Positions 51,132 to 63,431 of a stretch of DNA of 64,000 bases are shown in pieces. The DNA lies in contig CM119266.1 in assembly GCA_051294375.1 (NCBI GenBank), positions 3,577,098-3,641,097 on the forward strand, given 5' to 3'. The stretch's first letter is position 1. Each line of letters begins with the position of its first letter. The notes beneath the pieces are model-generated. The model was not told the origin of the DNA. It saw only the letters and a list, made by a program, of their open reading frames with translations, and searched no databases. Made by a program: the position numbers and the translations under genes. Origin of the DNA: Paraspadella gotoi. Its lineage: Eukaryota > Animalia > Chaetognatha.

Positions 51132-51147
51132 AGCCCTAAAAAGGGCT
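51132..51147 (-). terminator. Histone 3' stem-loop (H2B)
   Basis: AGCCCT-TTTT-AGGGCT, then AAAGATTGTC at 51117-51108. Confidence 0.9.
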
Positions 51148-51174
51148 TTTGGGGTGGATTGAGTTCGAGGTAAT

Positions 51175-51546
51175 CTACTTGGAGCTGGTGTACTTAGTCA
51201 CAGCCTTGGTGCCTTCGGACACGGCGTGCTTGGCCAATTCACCGGGAAGCAGAAGCCTGACGGCCGTCTGGATCTCCCTGGAGGTGATGGTGGTCCTCTT
51301 GTTGTAGTGGGCCAAGCGGGAAGATTCGGCCGCAATGCGTTCGAAGATGTCGTTGACGAACGAGTTCATGATGCTCATGGCCTTGGAGGAAACGCCAGTG
51401 TCTGGGTGAACTTGCTTCAAGACTTTGTAAATGTAGATGGCGTAAGATTCCTTACGCTTTCTCTTCTTCTTTTTTTCACCAGCAGAGCGAGCGGCCTTGG
51501 CTTTGCCCGCCTTTTTCGCGCCCTTGGAAGAAACTTTGGGAGGCAT
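51175..51546 (-). CDS. H2B: Histone H2B
   Basis: [30 protein letters not shown]; divergent from H2A. Confidence 0.99.
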   Translation of the reverse strand: MPPKVSSKGAKKAGKAKAARSAGEKKKKRKRKESYAIYIYKVLKQVHPDTGVSSKAMSIMNSFVNDIFERIAAESSRLAHYNKRTTITSREIQTAVRLLLPGELAKHAVSEGTKAVTKYTSSK

Positions 51547-51781
51547 TTTACCGATTCAATAATATCGTACGTGGGTAGAGTGAGAATGGAGGCTCTTTCT
51601 CGTTTGCTCCTTTTATATGCCGTGCTCGGATCAGAGGGAAGGCCGAGCTGCGCGGAAAATGAAATCCCGCCTTCTGATTGGTTGAACCTTCATCACGAAG
51701 AACCAATAGAATTGTAGATGAAATTTTTACTCTTGTCTCTGATCCTCCGAGTTGATATAAAAACAAGACTTCGAAAAATAA

Positions 51782-52213
<432 letters not shown>

Positions 52214-52247
52214 ACATTTCCTTTACTTTGAAACCATCAACCCCAAA

Positions 52248-52263
52248 AGCCCTTTTTAGGGCT
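52248..52263 (+). terminator. Histone 3' stem-loop (H2A)
   Basis: AGCCCT-TTTT-AGGGCT, then AAAGATTGTC at 52279-52288. Confidence 0.9.
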
Positions 52264-52860
52264 ACCATTTTTCTCTAGAAAGATTGTCGTGTTCTCAGCG
52301 TGGTGTTTTAACTTCATGAATTTGTAAAAGCAATGCCAATACTCGTTTGATTTCTTTTACGGAAGACGTTTACGTAAAGAAAACGTAAAAAATGGTAAAT
52401 TTAAATGTTTCTTCGGAATACGTTCGTCCTAAACATACGGTGAAGAATATTAAACTTGAAAATTTACGTCAGCCAGTCTGATAAGTGTTTTTCCAATAGA
52501 AATTTATTAATTGCCAAGTGAGTTTAATGTTAATCCGTTGCACAGTTAATTCCGTATTGATTTTTCGCGTTCAATTCTAAATGCGAAAAAAGATTTTTAA
52601 AAGCATAACCAATTTCAAATGATACTTATTTTCTAGCAACATCTCCCGCGACTTCATTGTTGAACTTTTCTTTGCCTATTTCTTTCTCCCACAGTTGGCT
52701 TCCGATTTTTTAATATATGCGTTTACGTCAGACGAAAAAAAAAGACAATGCTAATTAAATGCTGTCATTATTATTCACATTTTATTTCCTATTCGCGCGA
52801 AGAACGACTGCCGAGCTACTGTCGATTTTATTAAATAAAAATACATTTTGCGGAACAATT

Positions 52861-54109
52861 ATGCGTCCTACATTATCTTTTTCGATTGGTTGTTCGTTAT
52901 TAGCGATTTTGTTAACCCTTCTTCGGACTTCATCCTGTTGCACCAAAAATATCAAAAGAAAACCTAACGTCAAAACAGATGAACGAAAAGGTTTTCTTTA
53001 TTTTTAACTTAGTCTAATATTTCTCAGAATTCAATATTATAAGTAACAGATAACCAATGTATATTATGCATTTCGTAGGTTTGACAATAGGAAACGAATT
53101 GTCAAAAGACCGTATCGATTATATGTATGTCAACGCAAAGAGAAACTGGTTCAAATCCAAAGAGTATTGCAAGTAAGGCTTTGGAAATTCGGATACGAGA
53201 TCATAATCTTCTTTCTTTGACCCCCTCACCCCCGACAACCTCCCTCACAACATCTCAGCCAAAGAGGCGGAGATTTAGCTTCGTTCGAAACGGTCGCCGA
53301 GTGGACGTCAATTTTCGAGGCGCTCAACTCATCCGTCAAAATTTTTGACGTCGGCGACGGAGAAGACTACAACAACAACAACGACGCCGTCTTTTGGATC
53401 AACGGAATTTTCAATCTCAACCTCGAGACTTTCGCTATCAAATTCGTTTGGGTGAGTTAATTCCGCACTTACCACTATCTTTATCTTCCTAAACTGTTAA
53501 CGATAATTTTTACGAGTAATATTCAGTGTAAATGTTTTCAAATTGGAATTCTTACATATTACACTTATACGTATAGTATTGGTGCGTCCATTGCTTATTA
53601 ATTTCGTCAGATTTAAAAAAAAAAGATACCAAGAATTTTGAAATGAATTTATGCTTCAAGATTGGTCAGAGCTTGATAGGAAAGCTTTCCCCCCCTAACA
53701 GGACAAAGAAATACAGATACAAATACCAAATGATCTGTCATCTTGGAAAAAAGGATATCCCAGATACCGCCCTTATCAGTAAGTAAAAAAGTAAAATGGA
53801 AAAGGTGTATTCATAAAAGTTCTATTTTGAACTTTAAAATTTAATATATTATTTTCTGAATATGCTAGGGTCGGCATAGACGCCCTCTTTGAACTCCGTC
53901 CCTTTGTATTTTACAGAGGCGTCTTCGTTATGTTGCGAAAACAGGGAGAAGCCAACGAAACCTGGGGTAGCTACAGTCTCGACAGGGAATTCAGTTCGTT
54001 ATGCGAATTTAAAGAAAAAGAGATAACGGGTGCCGAATCTGTAAAATCTGGTGCCGATTCCATGAAGACTGAGAAAACGACTGTAAGAGATTCAGTGATC
54101 GGCGTTTAA
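52861..54109 (+). CDS. Secreted C-type lectin-like domain protein
   Basis: Phase-consistent exons 52861-52990, 53079-53172, 53259-53451, 53702-53778, 53917-54109: signal peptide, KRNWFKSKEYCNQRGGDLASF, VFWING, FVW, WKKGYP, WGSY..SLCE. Confidence 0.8.
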
Positions 54110-54531
54110 AAGAAAAAAAAGAAAGTGCGAAAGTGAACCGACTCTATATGTGGCCGTCTCCTTTCTTCCTCCCCCTCAACTTGAAATCGCCGTAAAGAAT
54201 TCTTCTCATTTCCAAAAATATCCTTTCACTTGACTTTTCCCCAGATTCTAAAAAAAAACTAACTTCTCGCCAATATTCTGTTGAAACTGTTATCATTTTT
54301 TATACAAAACATTCAATTAAAATAAGTTTTCTGTTTCCGCTTTCGATCGTCAAAATTTTTTATTGACAATTTTCTTCGTCAAAATAAAAACTTTCAAAAA
54401 ACTAAAAATATAAAAAAAATAATGTTTAAACTAATTATTTTTAATTTTTATTATAAATAGAATAGATTCAAAAGGACACTTTCTATTTTTTCTATCTTTT
54501 CTATTCATTCGTTTCTAAGGCATCACTGCCT

Positions 54532-56305
54532 TCACTCGGTTATGGCAGCCAAATCGTCTCCTTCTTCGACGAACAAAATGCATTTGTAGTTTATTGACAT
54601 GCGAAATGCCTCGCTGTCGGTCGAGTAGGCGACGTAGGCCCGACCTGTGGACGAATTTATTAATAAAAAAAACGATTAGATTTTGATAAAGACTTAATAA
54701 TTAAAATATAATTCAGGAATGTTTAGAAAAAATATAAGAAAGAGTAGATGGTGCGATCAAGGCAAAAATTGATCAACTTAGACTATTTTTGACTGAATTA
54801 TAAAGGGATCGAGGGAGAACGAAGAGGTTTTAAAACACTAAATCAAGACCTCAATGTTGCTCGACGATATTCCCTCCACCGGAACCATTTACCATCCCAT
54901 CTTTGCCCCCAGCCTCCACCACCCGACCGGCCACAACTATTTTCACCTGGCTTTGTCACCGACGTCTTTTCCTCTCCAGCCTCCAAGGGTGACCCGATAT
55001 TCCGGTGACTTCCGGTGTAGTCGATGTAAACGATCTGTACAGGGCGATCGCTCCAGTTCGAGAACTGGAAATGGATAATTTAATCGTTATCGCTCGATTG
55101 TTTATATACGATTTTGTTGTGGGTAAATAAACTAAATATAGTCGTAAAAAGCTTTTTAAACAAGTAGTTTTAAGATCGTCACTTTATAAGACTTAAAAAT
55201 AACGTTTTCAAGTAACTTACGACAATATTTACTTACCCTAATCTTTTCTCACCTTAATCTCCAGTGGTTTCCCAGATTTTCTAACAGAACGGTTTGCCCT
55301 CGTCAGTGGCGGGCATATTGACCGCCGTCCATGACGTCGACCGTGCCGTCGTCGCGGGCTGCCCCATCTGGCACGGGATCGACCGCGCGACACTACGCCA
55401 AGGCCGAGTTTAGCGGGTAGCCCAAAAAGTACACCATTACGAATTAGAATTATCAGAATTTAAAATTAAAGGATCATCATCATCATCATCATATCGATTA
55501 GAACTGTACTTAAAACTCAATACTCACTTGTTCCTGGATGTCTCATGGGGCTTTGGCGATGAATAGAGAAGGTCGAGATGTTACGCTCTCTTTTTTCTAA
55601 TTTAATTATTTATTAGTTTCTTAATATAATGTTAACAATGTTAAGAATATATTTATTAAAGTCATTAAACGATATTACAAATTTTGGGGCTAAAAAAAAA
55701 ATCACATCTGAGTGTTCCTTGGGCATAATTCATTGACCCATAAAAGTTAACGTCGCGACCTTCTCCTTTTGTTAAAGACGTTGATTAAACGACGTAAGTC
55801 AATTTTTTCGCCGCCGGCGTCATCGTTCGTCGCCGACTGCAGTCAAATTGAGACGTAAAGATATTTATTAATAATTAAACAAAAAAGGCAGACAAGGGAC
55901 TCGAATTTGACAATATTTAATCTTCAAGAAGCTTCAAATATTAGATTAAAAAAATATATTCTACTTGGTTAAAACTAAGGAGGCGTGGTGGGTTAAAATA
56001 CTTTCAGTCAAATAAAAATGCGCACATTTTTTGTCCAAACAGTATTGTTTTATTTTATTTTTTAAATTCCCCAAGAAAATAAGATGTGGGACTCACAAGC
56101 TTTCAAGTACATAGTTGTAATTTTAACACAAAAGTAATTTTTCACGATCTTTCTGACGACTGACCCCTTCGTCCCTCAGTTCGTCCCTCAGTTCGTCCCT
56201 CAAAGTGTCGAGTTCGTTCTTCTCTTCGCCTCTCACTTCGCGAGAAGCAACGACGACAACGAAAACAGTGAAGCAAAGAAAACAAATTCGGAAAACAGAA
56301 ACCAT
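54532..56305 (-). CDS. Putative secreted protein with C-terminal VHL beta-like domain
   Basis: Solid 3' exons 55253-55392, 54947-55064, 54532-54644 (RSVRKSGKPLEIKFSNWSDRPVQIVYIDYTG..LEAGEEKTSVTKPGRAYVAYSTDS..MSINYKCILF). Signal-peptide exon from 56305; intermediate exons near 55770-55836 and 55528-55596 have uncertain junctions. Confidence 0.65.
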
Positions 56306-56387
56306 TTTTGTTTTTGTTGCGTTTTTTCAAGAGCGATTTTTTTGAGATTGTGAATAAAGTCCGATATTTAAACTCTTTTCTGGGGAA

Positions 56388-56420
<33 letters not shown>

Positions 56421-57009
56421 TTCGTCATTTTGTTAGTCGTCGTCGTCGTCGTCGCGTCATCTCCCATTTCTTTGGCACTAATTCGATTTGTCAGGTTGTG
56501 TCTTGGGTTTTTCTGGCAACTAGACACATTCGTTAATTGCGTTTGACATTGGTTAAATATTCGGTTGAGTCAAGTTGATCGGTGTTTCTTTCTGCGTGAC
56601 ACTCCCCTCTTTGTAATAAAACTGTTATTTGTAATTTTTGTAACAATAGTTTTTTTTGGTCTGTAAAGGTAAAGGTAAACTAACCTTTTTTGACTAATAT
56701 TAGCAGATCTTACCTAATCGGTACTCCGTTTTAAATTTTGACTTTCTTGTACTATTATTCGTCGGGAAATATAAAGTTTACTCAAGTTTGAATATTTTAG
56801 TAACTCAAGAAAGGTTTTCCTAACATTTGGATGTTAATTTTGATAATCATATATTTTCTAGAGGTATACAAAGTTAGGAAAGATCGAAAAAACAACGACA
56901 TCAGCGATGAGAATTCCCCAGATGCTGCACTGATTTGGAGATTTAAAAACAAATTGTTAGATTCGAAAATAGTAACCGACAGAAAGCTGACAACAACGTC
57001 GCCTTAAAG

Positions 57010-60000
57010 ATGATGTCTTTGACATTTAAGGCGATGACTACATTGACCTGGGGTAAAGAACTGCGTCCGATGAACCCTTTTCCTATTCAAAATAATTTCA
57101 TTAAAATGCTAATACTAAGGCTTCATACAAATTGAATTTCTTTAAAACGAGAATCCTCGTTTAATCGGTCTTTTATTTCGAAGGTTTCCTCGTTATTTTT
57201 CCGTTGTTTACGTCGATCGAAGGGCAAACGGAATGCGGCAGAAAGCGGGTAAGTTTTTTATGGGACAAACGGACAATAATGTGTCACTTATCACACGTCT
57301 GAACCAATCGCATTTAAAACTTTTTTTTTAAGTATGATTACGCAAGATGGCCCGGATTGGCCCATACCTTACCCGGTGAAATTCCGTGGCAGGTAAGTGA
57401 GTTAGAATCGATGATTTTTGTCGTCAAAACGAAGGCAACAGCCGGGTTGCCTGTGATGCCCGTTGGGTTGGGGCTTCACACAGTTGGCTTTGGGGGCTTC
57501 CGACCCTCAGTGACGCCTCCAGTCACTGGCGCAGTCATTAGGACTGTAGATGGAACGCAACGCCAATGGGACTGGCTGAACGATTTGAACACAGGCGACG
57601 ATTTTGCGTCAAAGAGCGACGACGACGACGACGCCGGCGTCAGAGGCCGAAAAAATCCGCGTTTGTGGAGGCGCCCTAATCGATGCTAAGTGGGTCATCA
57701 CAGGCGCTCACTGTTTTCCAGAGAGTGAGTTGAACTTTCACTTTTGAAATTCACTGATGCGAACTGAATACTTAACCTAAGATTAGAAAACGTTATGGCT
57801 CACGGACGAAATCACATATTTAGCATTTTAAAGACGAAATTTCCAACAAATAATCACGGATATTTATCGATGCAATAAGAGATATTCACCCGATAATCAC
57901 AGATGCGGGCGCCGACCAAGTTAAGACTTTCGTTCGCGTCGGAGACTCGAGACTAAAAACTTGGGACGTCGAAGTTGATGAGATCAGAATCTACCCGGGA
58001 TTCGAGTGAGTCGCTCATTCTCTATCCTTGAATTTAGGTTAATACTGCGTTAATAATTATACAACGCTCCTCGTAGAAAGGGATACTTTAGGATGAAGGG
58101 CGACTTGGCCTTACTTCGGTTGAAGACTCCGTTGAAACTGGACGAACCGCTGGAGGTCAATGGTTAGTGCGGAGGAGTCTGGGGTGTTAGGACGGATTAC
58201 ATTGAAAATAGCCTGTCCAGTCCTGTCCACAGCCAGGAATGAGCTCGATTATTGAATGAATGCAGAATTTTATATTGCTTGTACCAATTTAGTTAACAAT
58301 AAATGAAAATTAGTAAGAAATGGAATGAAACCAACATAAAAGTGATCCATTGATCAAATGTATAGTTAGATTTCGAAAAGCAATGCCTATGGAGTATGGA
58401 GTATTTGGCTTAAATATAAAATAAAACTCTTAACTATTTGTATAAAAACCTCGTATTAAATGAATATTTAATTTTTATATAGCTTGTACTTATTACTTAT
58501 TAATTAACAAGTAATTTCCACTCCAAGGTATCGCCCCGGCGTGCCTCCCATCTCCCGCCAACGATTTTCGGCACTCCGTCGACTGCTTCACATCCGGGTT
58601 CGGACATTTCTCTCCTCACATCCGGGTGGAGACGGGACGAGTCGTCGGACGGAAGGAGTTGAAGTCGGCGTGGAGTCGATACTACGGGCTCATCGACGGA
58701 GTCACCGAGAATAACATCGGTAGCATTTGAATGAGCAAAAGTTTTACTAAAAAAGGACAATCTTAGACACTAATTTCCGAAAGCGCCCAATGTCTGTTCC
58801 TTAATGCCTAAATCTAATTAATCTAATTCTTAATTTAAACCCTAATCTAAACCTTAATCTAAACCCTAAACTAAATCCTAATCTAAACCTTAATCTAAAC
58901 CCTAATCTAATACCTAATTTAAACCCTTATGGTGGACTAAAATCCACCAGCCGTTCATTAGTGGCCATTGGTACCGGAGGCAAGTCATTCGCCTCTCAAC
59001 CCAAAGGTCCAGGGTTCGAGCCCGGTAGCCGCCTAGCAGTTAAGAGGGATGGGGTGCTTAACCCGCCTGTAACATGGTGTTACAGCCTGATCCGAAGCTC
59101 AGGGACTGCTTATATTGAATGGTTCTGTCACTAACATATAATAATAATTACTGTCTTTTCATTGGTGAGCCTGACTTCCGAACACAACAGCAAAAACACT
59201 TTCAGGCGACATGCCTCAACCTGGTGATACACTTTCCGCCAACAACATATCAGGCAACATGCCTCAACTTGGTGACGCACTTTCTACCAACAACAACAAT
59301 TAAATGAAGAGACGCAACAGACTTATCCCTACGGGAGGGGGATGTATGGTGGACTAAAATCTATCAACCGTTCATCAGCGGCCATTGGTGCTGGAGGCAA
59401 GTCATTCGCCTCCCAACCCAAAGGTCCGGGGTTCTAGCCCGGTGGCCGCCTAGCAGTTAAGAGTGACGGGCGCTTAACACATAACAATAATTACTGTCTC
59501 TTCACCCTAATTTAAACCTTAATCTAATTTTTAATTTAAACCTTAATCTAAACCCTAATCTAATTCCTAATCTAAACCCTAATCTAAACCTTAATCTAAA
59601 CCCTAATCTAATCCCTAAATACTAACCTTCATTCTTAATGAGAAACTTTAAACCCTCAACCTTTAATTTAAATTTTAACATTTATATTTAATTTAATATT
59701 TAAATTTTAAAAAATTCTTAATTTAAGCTGAAATTGGGCGGTTTAGTAAACTGTGGCCCAATCTTAAAATTAATGGTGAATGACATTGGTAAATGAACAA
59801 TTTTTAAAAACGATGACGACAACGACGACATCTGAGGAAACGATGGACTGAAACAAAAGTTCAACTAAATTTCGTTCATAAATCATTAATTGTCTAATTA
59901 ATAGTTGAGTTTTCTCGCTTCTACTTCTCCCGGCCTCATTCAGGCTTTGAAAAATACTCTAGCAAAGACGGGAATTGCAACTGTGACTCCGGCGGTCCAC

Positions 60001-61987
60001 TCTTCTGCCGAGTCGTCGAGGCCAATCCTGACGCCAAAGCCAACGCCACGCGCGCCACCGGACGATGGACTTTGGTCGGTGTCATTTCGTTCGGTGAAGA
60101 ATTCGGGAATACTAAACCTTTGGTTTTGACGGAAGTGGCGAATTTCGTTGAGTGGATTAGGTTATAATCAATTATAATTAAATCAAATATTACTTTCATA
60201 TGATAATTTAATCTTCCCTTCTTAATGAAAAAGTGCAAAATAAGTCATTCTTGAATATGGATTAATCAATGAACCAATTCATCCTCACAGCGCCTCCATG
60301 AAGTACAAAACGATCAAGACTTGCGGGGTCCAAGGAAACTTTAAACGTCGGGTCATCGGTGGTCACGTGACTGAACCAGGAGAAATTCCTTGGCAGGTAA
60401 ATCGTCGGTCAATTTATCAATACCCCGCCGCATCAGCGTCGTTCACTCCTCATTCATTCCAGATCAGCGTCGTTCACTTCTCATTCACTTCTCCAGATTA
60501 GCAATAACTGCTCAATGAGCACTGCTGATTCACCCCTAAATACTAATCGATCATAATCAATTCATTCCTTCAGATAAGCATCGTTCACTCCTTTAATCAC
60601 ATTCAAAGCGGCGGCACGGAACCCAAGCTTCGAGTCTGTGGCGGAACGCTGATCCGCCGTGACTGGGTCCTCACCGCTGCGCACTGCTTCGATCTGGGTG
60701 AGGAGGGAACGGGGCCTATAGCCTATAGAGTATAGAGGCGAGGACCTCATGTTCTTGCACTTTTGTTTTTATAAATAAAAAAAACATTACAAAAGGTGGA
60801 AGTATTAAAAAGCAAGAAATTTACAATTTTTTTCTCATTTTCTTTTGGCATGAGAAAACTAAAACCTGAAACAAAAGCTCATCTTTTGACAAGTTACATG
60901 AAATTTAACTAGTTTGCGAAAATAAAGTTTTAGGAATTAATTAATTTAGTTTTAATCATAGTTAATTAATTAAGTAAATTAAAGTATAGTTTGTGGCGGT
61001 ATATTCACACCGCCTCACGTCCACCATCCGTCAGCCAAATCCATTGGCTCAGAGGGGGAACACACCATCCCAGGCGTAGTGTTCCCCCTCTGAGCCAATG
61101 GATTTGGCTGACGGATGGTGGACGTGAGGCGGTGTGAATATACCGCCACAAGTTTTCCATTCCTAAAAACACAGGCGGGGGCCATCTCATAAGCAACGCC
61201 ACCTTCTGGGAATCTCGAGGTGGAGATTGGCGGAGAGACATCTTGGATCCTTCGGAGGTGGACATCCCCGTGAAGAGGATCGTCGGACACCCGGACTACA
61301 GCGTCTCCGTCTTTGGAGTCAAGAACGACATCGCGTTGTTAAAGTTGGAGAGGGCGTTCGAGATCGAAGAGGGCATAGCATCCGTGGACGAGACGGGTGA
61401 GAGAGTTCAACCTTTATGTCCACGTTACGCGTCCTCACAGTTTCGTTTCAGATCAGATGTACGGACGCAGTGTTATAAATAGACCAGAATAGATTATTAA
61501 AAGTAAGAGAGAGAGATATAGACGTCAAGTCGAAATATCTGTCCTAAATTCCCGACTCAACTCAAACTTACCGCTCAACCTTATCTTCCGAACCTTTCCA
61601 GGCATCGGCCTCGCTTGTCTTCCTCGCCAGGACGAAGATTACCGTCTCCGGCGACAATGCATTCTCTCCGGCTTCGGTCACGTGGGCTTCGAAGGTCGAG
61701 GCAACGCCTCTCGCCCTGTGCATCCGAAGATCCTCCAACAGGCCGTCGGGAGAGTGTGGCCGCAGAAGGAGCTGAAGGCGGCTTGGAATCCCTTGGGGGG
61801 AATGATCAGACTCGTCAACGGAGATATGATCGGTGAGGTGGGGATCATACGATTACAAGCAGCTTACTGATTAAGCAATCAATCGATATGTCAGGTCAAC
61901 CTAGAATAAAACCATTGACTGAAGCGTCCTAATTACCCCAAGAAATGTTATGTGAAAATTGTTCTCTCGCTCTCTCTCGCTCTCTCG

Positions 61988-62039
<52 letters not shown>

Positions 62040-62464
62040 CTCTCGCTCTCTCTCTTTCTCTCTCTCTCTCATTCACTCCTTTGAGATATCCCGAACTATG
62101 CGTCGATTGTCTATTTAGCATTTTTAACCTATAACTGACATAACTGTGTTATCAATGGTAATCTCTTTTCTCCAACCAACTCCCTCAAGGATTCGGCATG
62201 ACGGACGCCCGACAATTCGGCGCCTGCTCGGGCGACTCCGGCGGGCCAGTAGTGTGCCCGACATTAGAAGGCGACCCGCCGGGCTGGCCAATGCTCTGGC
62301 CGCAGCAGACGCTCGTTGGGGTCGTCTCCTTCGGGGGCAAAGAGTGCCGGACAAAGCCGACGGTATTGACAGAGGTGTCCAAGTATCGGAAGTGGATCGA
62401 GCGGACCGTCGTGGACGAGGATTTCCGGGATGTAGAGATGCCCGATTATGAGAGGGCAGGATGA
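57010..62464 (+). CDS. Two-domain chymotrypsin-fold (S1A) serine protease
   Basis: 13 exons (57010-57052, 57184-57248, 57333-57392, 57595-57724, 57903-58005, 58077-58161, 58528-58719, 59944-60160, 60291-60396, 60574-60697, 61175-61396, 61602-61832, 62190-62464). Domain 1 TGAHC/DLALL/CDSGGP; domain 2 RR-VIGG, TAAHC/DIALL/GDSGGP. Confidence 0.9.
58928..59162 (+). mobile_element. tRNA-derived SINE (Gly-like head) flanked by (CTAATCTAAACC)n
   Basis: B box GGGTTCGAGCCC; three copies in the window; 5' leader hairpin TGGTGGA-CTAAAA-TCCACCA. Confidence 0.75.
59346..59503 (+). mobile_element. tRNA-derived SINE, second copy
   Basis: Acceptor stem GCGGCCA/TGGCCGC and T stem CCGGG/CCCGG intact; anticodon arm unpaired. 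Confidence 0.75.
60992..61150. mobile_element. Ginger-like palindromic MITE
   Basis: Perfect 72-bp arms with a 15-nt loop, TGT..ACA termini, 4-bp TSD AGTT at 60988-60991 and 61151-61154. Confidence 0.8.
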
Positions 62465-63185
62465 GAGCGTCAAAGTAGGAATGAGTAATTAATTAGATTA
62501 GTTTTAATTAGATTTTGTTAACGATTTTACGTCAAGATTTACAGTAGAATATAATAACCATTGTGATAATAAAACATGTCTTTTTAATTTCTGTTTCGTG
62601 ATCAGTTAAACAACTGTGAGAAATTTGACATAGAACTGTAACCGTCTGTTGTGCATCCCTTTGCCTTAAGCCTAACATTATATGACGAAGCCTGATCCTT
62701 TATTACGGGGGATGGTGGGTTTAGGTGGGTTTAGGTGGGNNNNNNNNNNTACTGTGGGGGATGGTGGGTTTAGGTGGGCCTGATCCTTTATTGCGGGGGA
62801 TGGTGGGTTGAGAAAACCGACCATGACAACGATAACCATTGTTGGTTTTGTAATCCTCATTTTTCAGTCTTGATTTCGCAAAAGAAAAAATCCTTTTTTT
62901 TCCAATTTGAAATATAATAACGCCAAACAATTTTAACTAAAAAATATTTTACTTTTTTGTACTAAAAACTCGATTTTCCAGAAAATACTTTTACTACGCC
63001 AAACATGATTTTAAATAAGAACAAAGGCCCATATCTGGAGAAGAATGGTTTAATTTCTTAGATGTTTCTTATGTATAATTATAAATATATTTGAATATAT
63101 TTAAATATATTCTAACGAGATGCGTCGACGCAGGAGGTAAAATCAATGAACCGGAATTCGCTCGAGTCGCAGTTGGAGAGAAAAA

Positions 63186-63431
63186 GGACGACGACGACGA
63201 CAATGATGACGATGACAATGATGACGACGACAATGATGACGATGACAATGATGACGACGACAATGATGACGATGACAATGTGATGACGACGACAATGATG
63301 ACGACGACAATGATGACGACGACAATGATGTGTACGACTGACAATGATGACGACGACAATGATGACGACGACAATTGATGACGACGACATGATGACGACG
63401 ACAATGATGACGACGACAATGATGACGACGA
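63186..63431. repeat. 15-bp (GACAATGATGACGAC)n repeat
   Basis: Direct reading; explains the poly-D/S ORFs. Confidence 0.9.

Noticed and set aside
58756-58800. GACAATCTT as a possible U7 snRNA gene
   Set aside because: No U7-type Sm site or hairpin at the right spacing.
59375-59452. Functional tRNA-Gly gene
   Set aside because: Anticodon stem does not pair and the sequence is part of a multi-copy SINE.
58845-59620. Telomere-like repeats
   Set aside because: The unit is a 12-mer CTAATCTAAACC inside an intron, not a (TTAGGG)n array.
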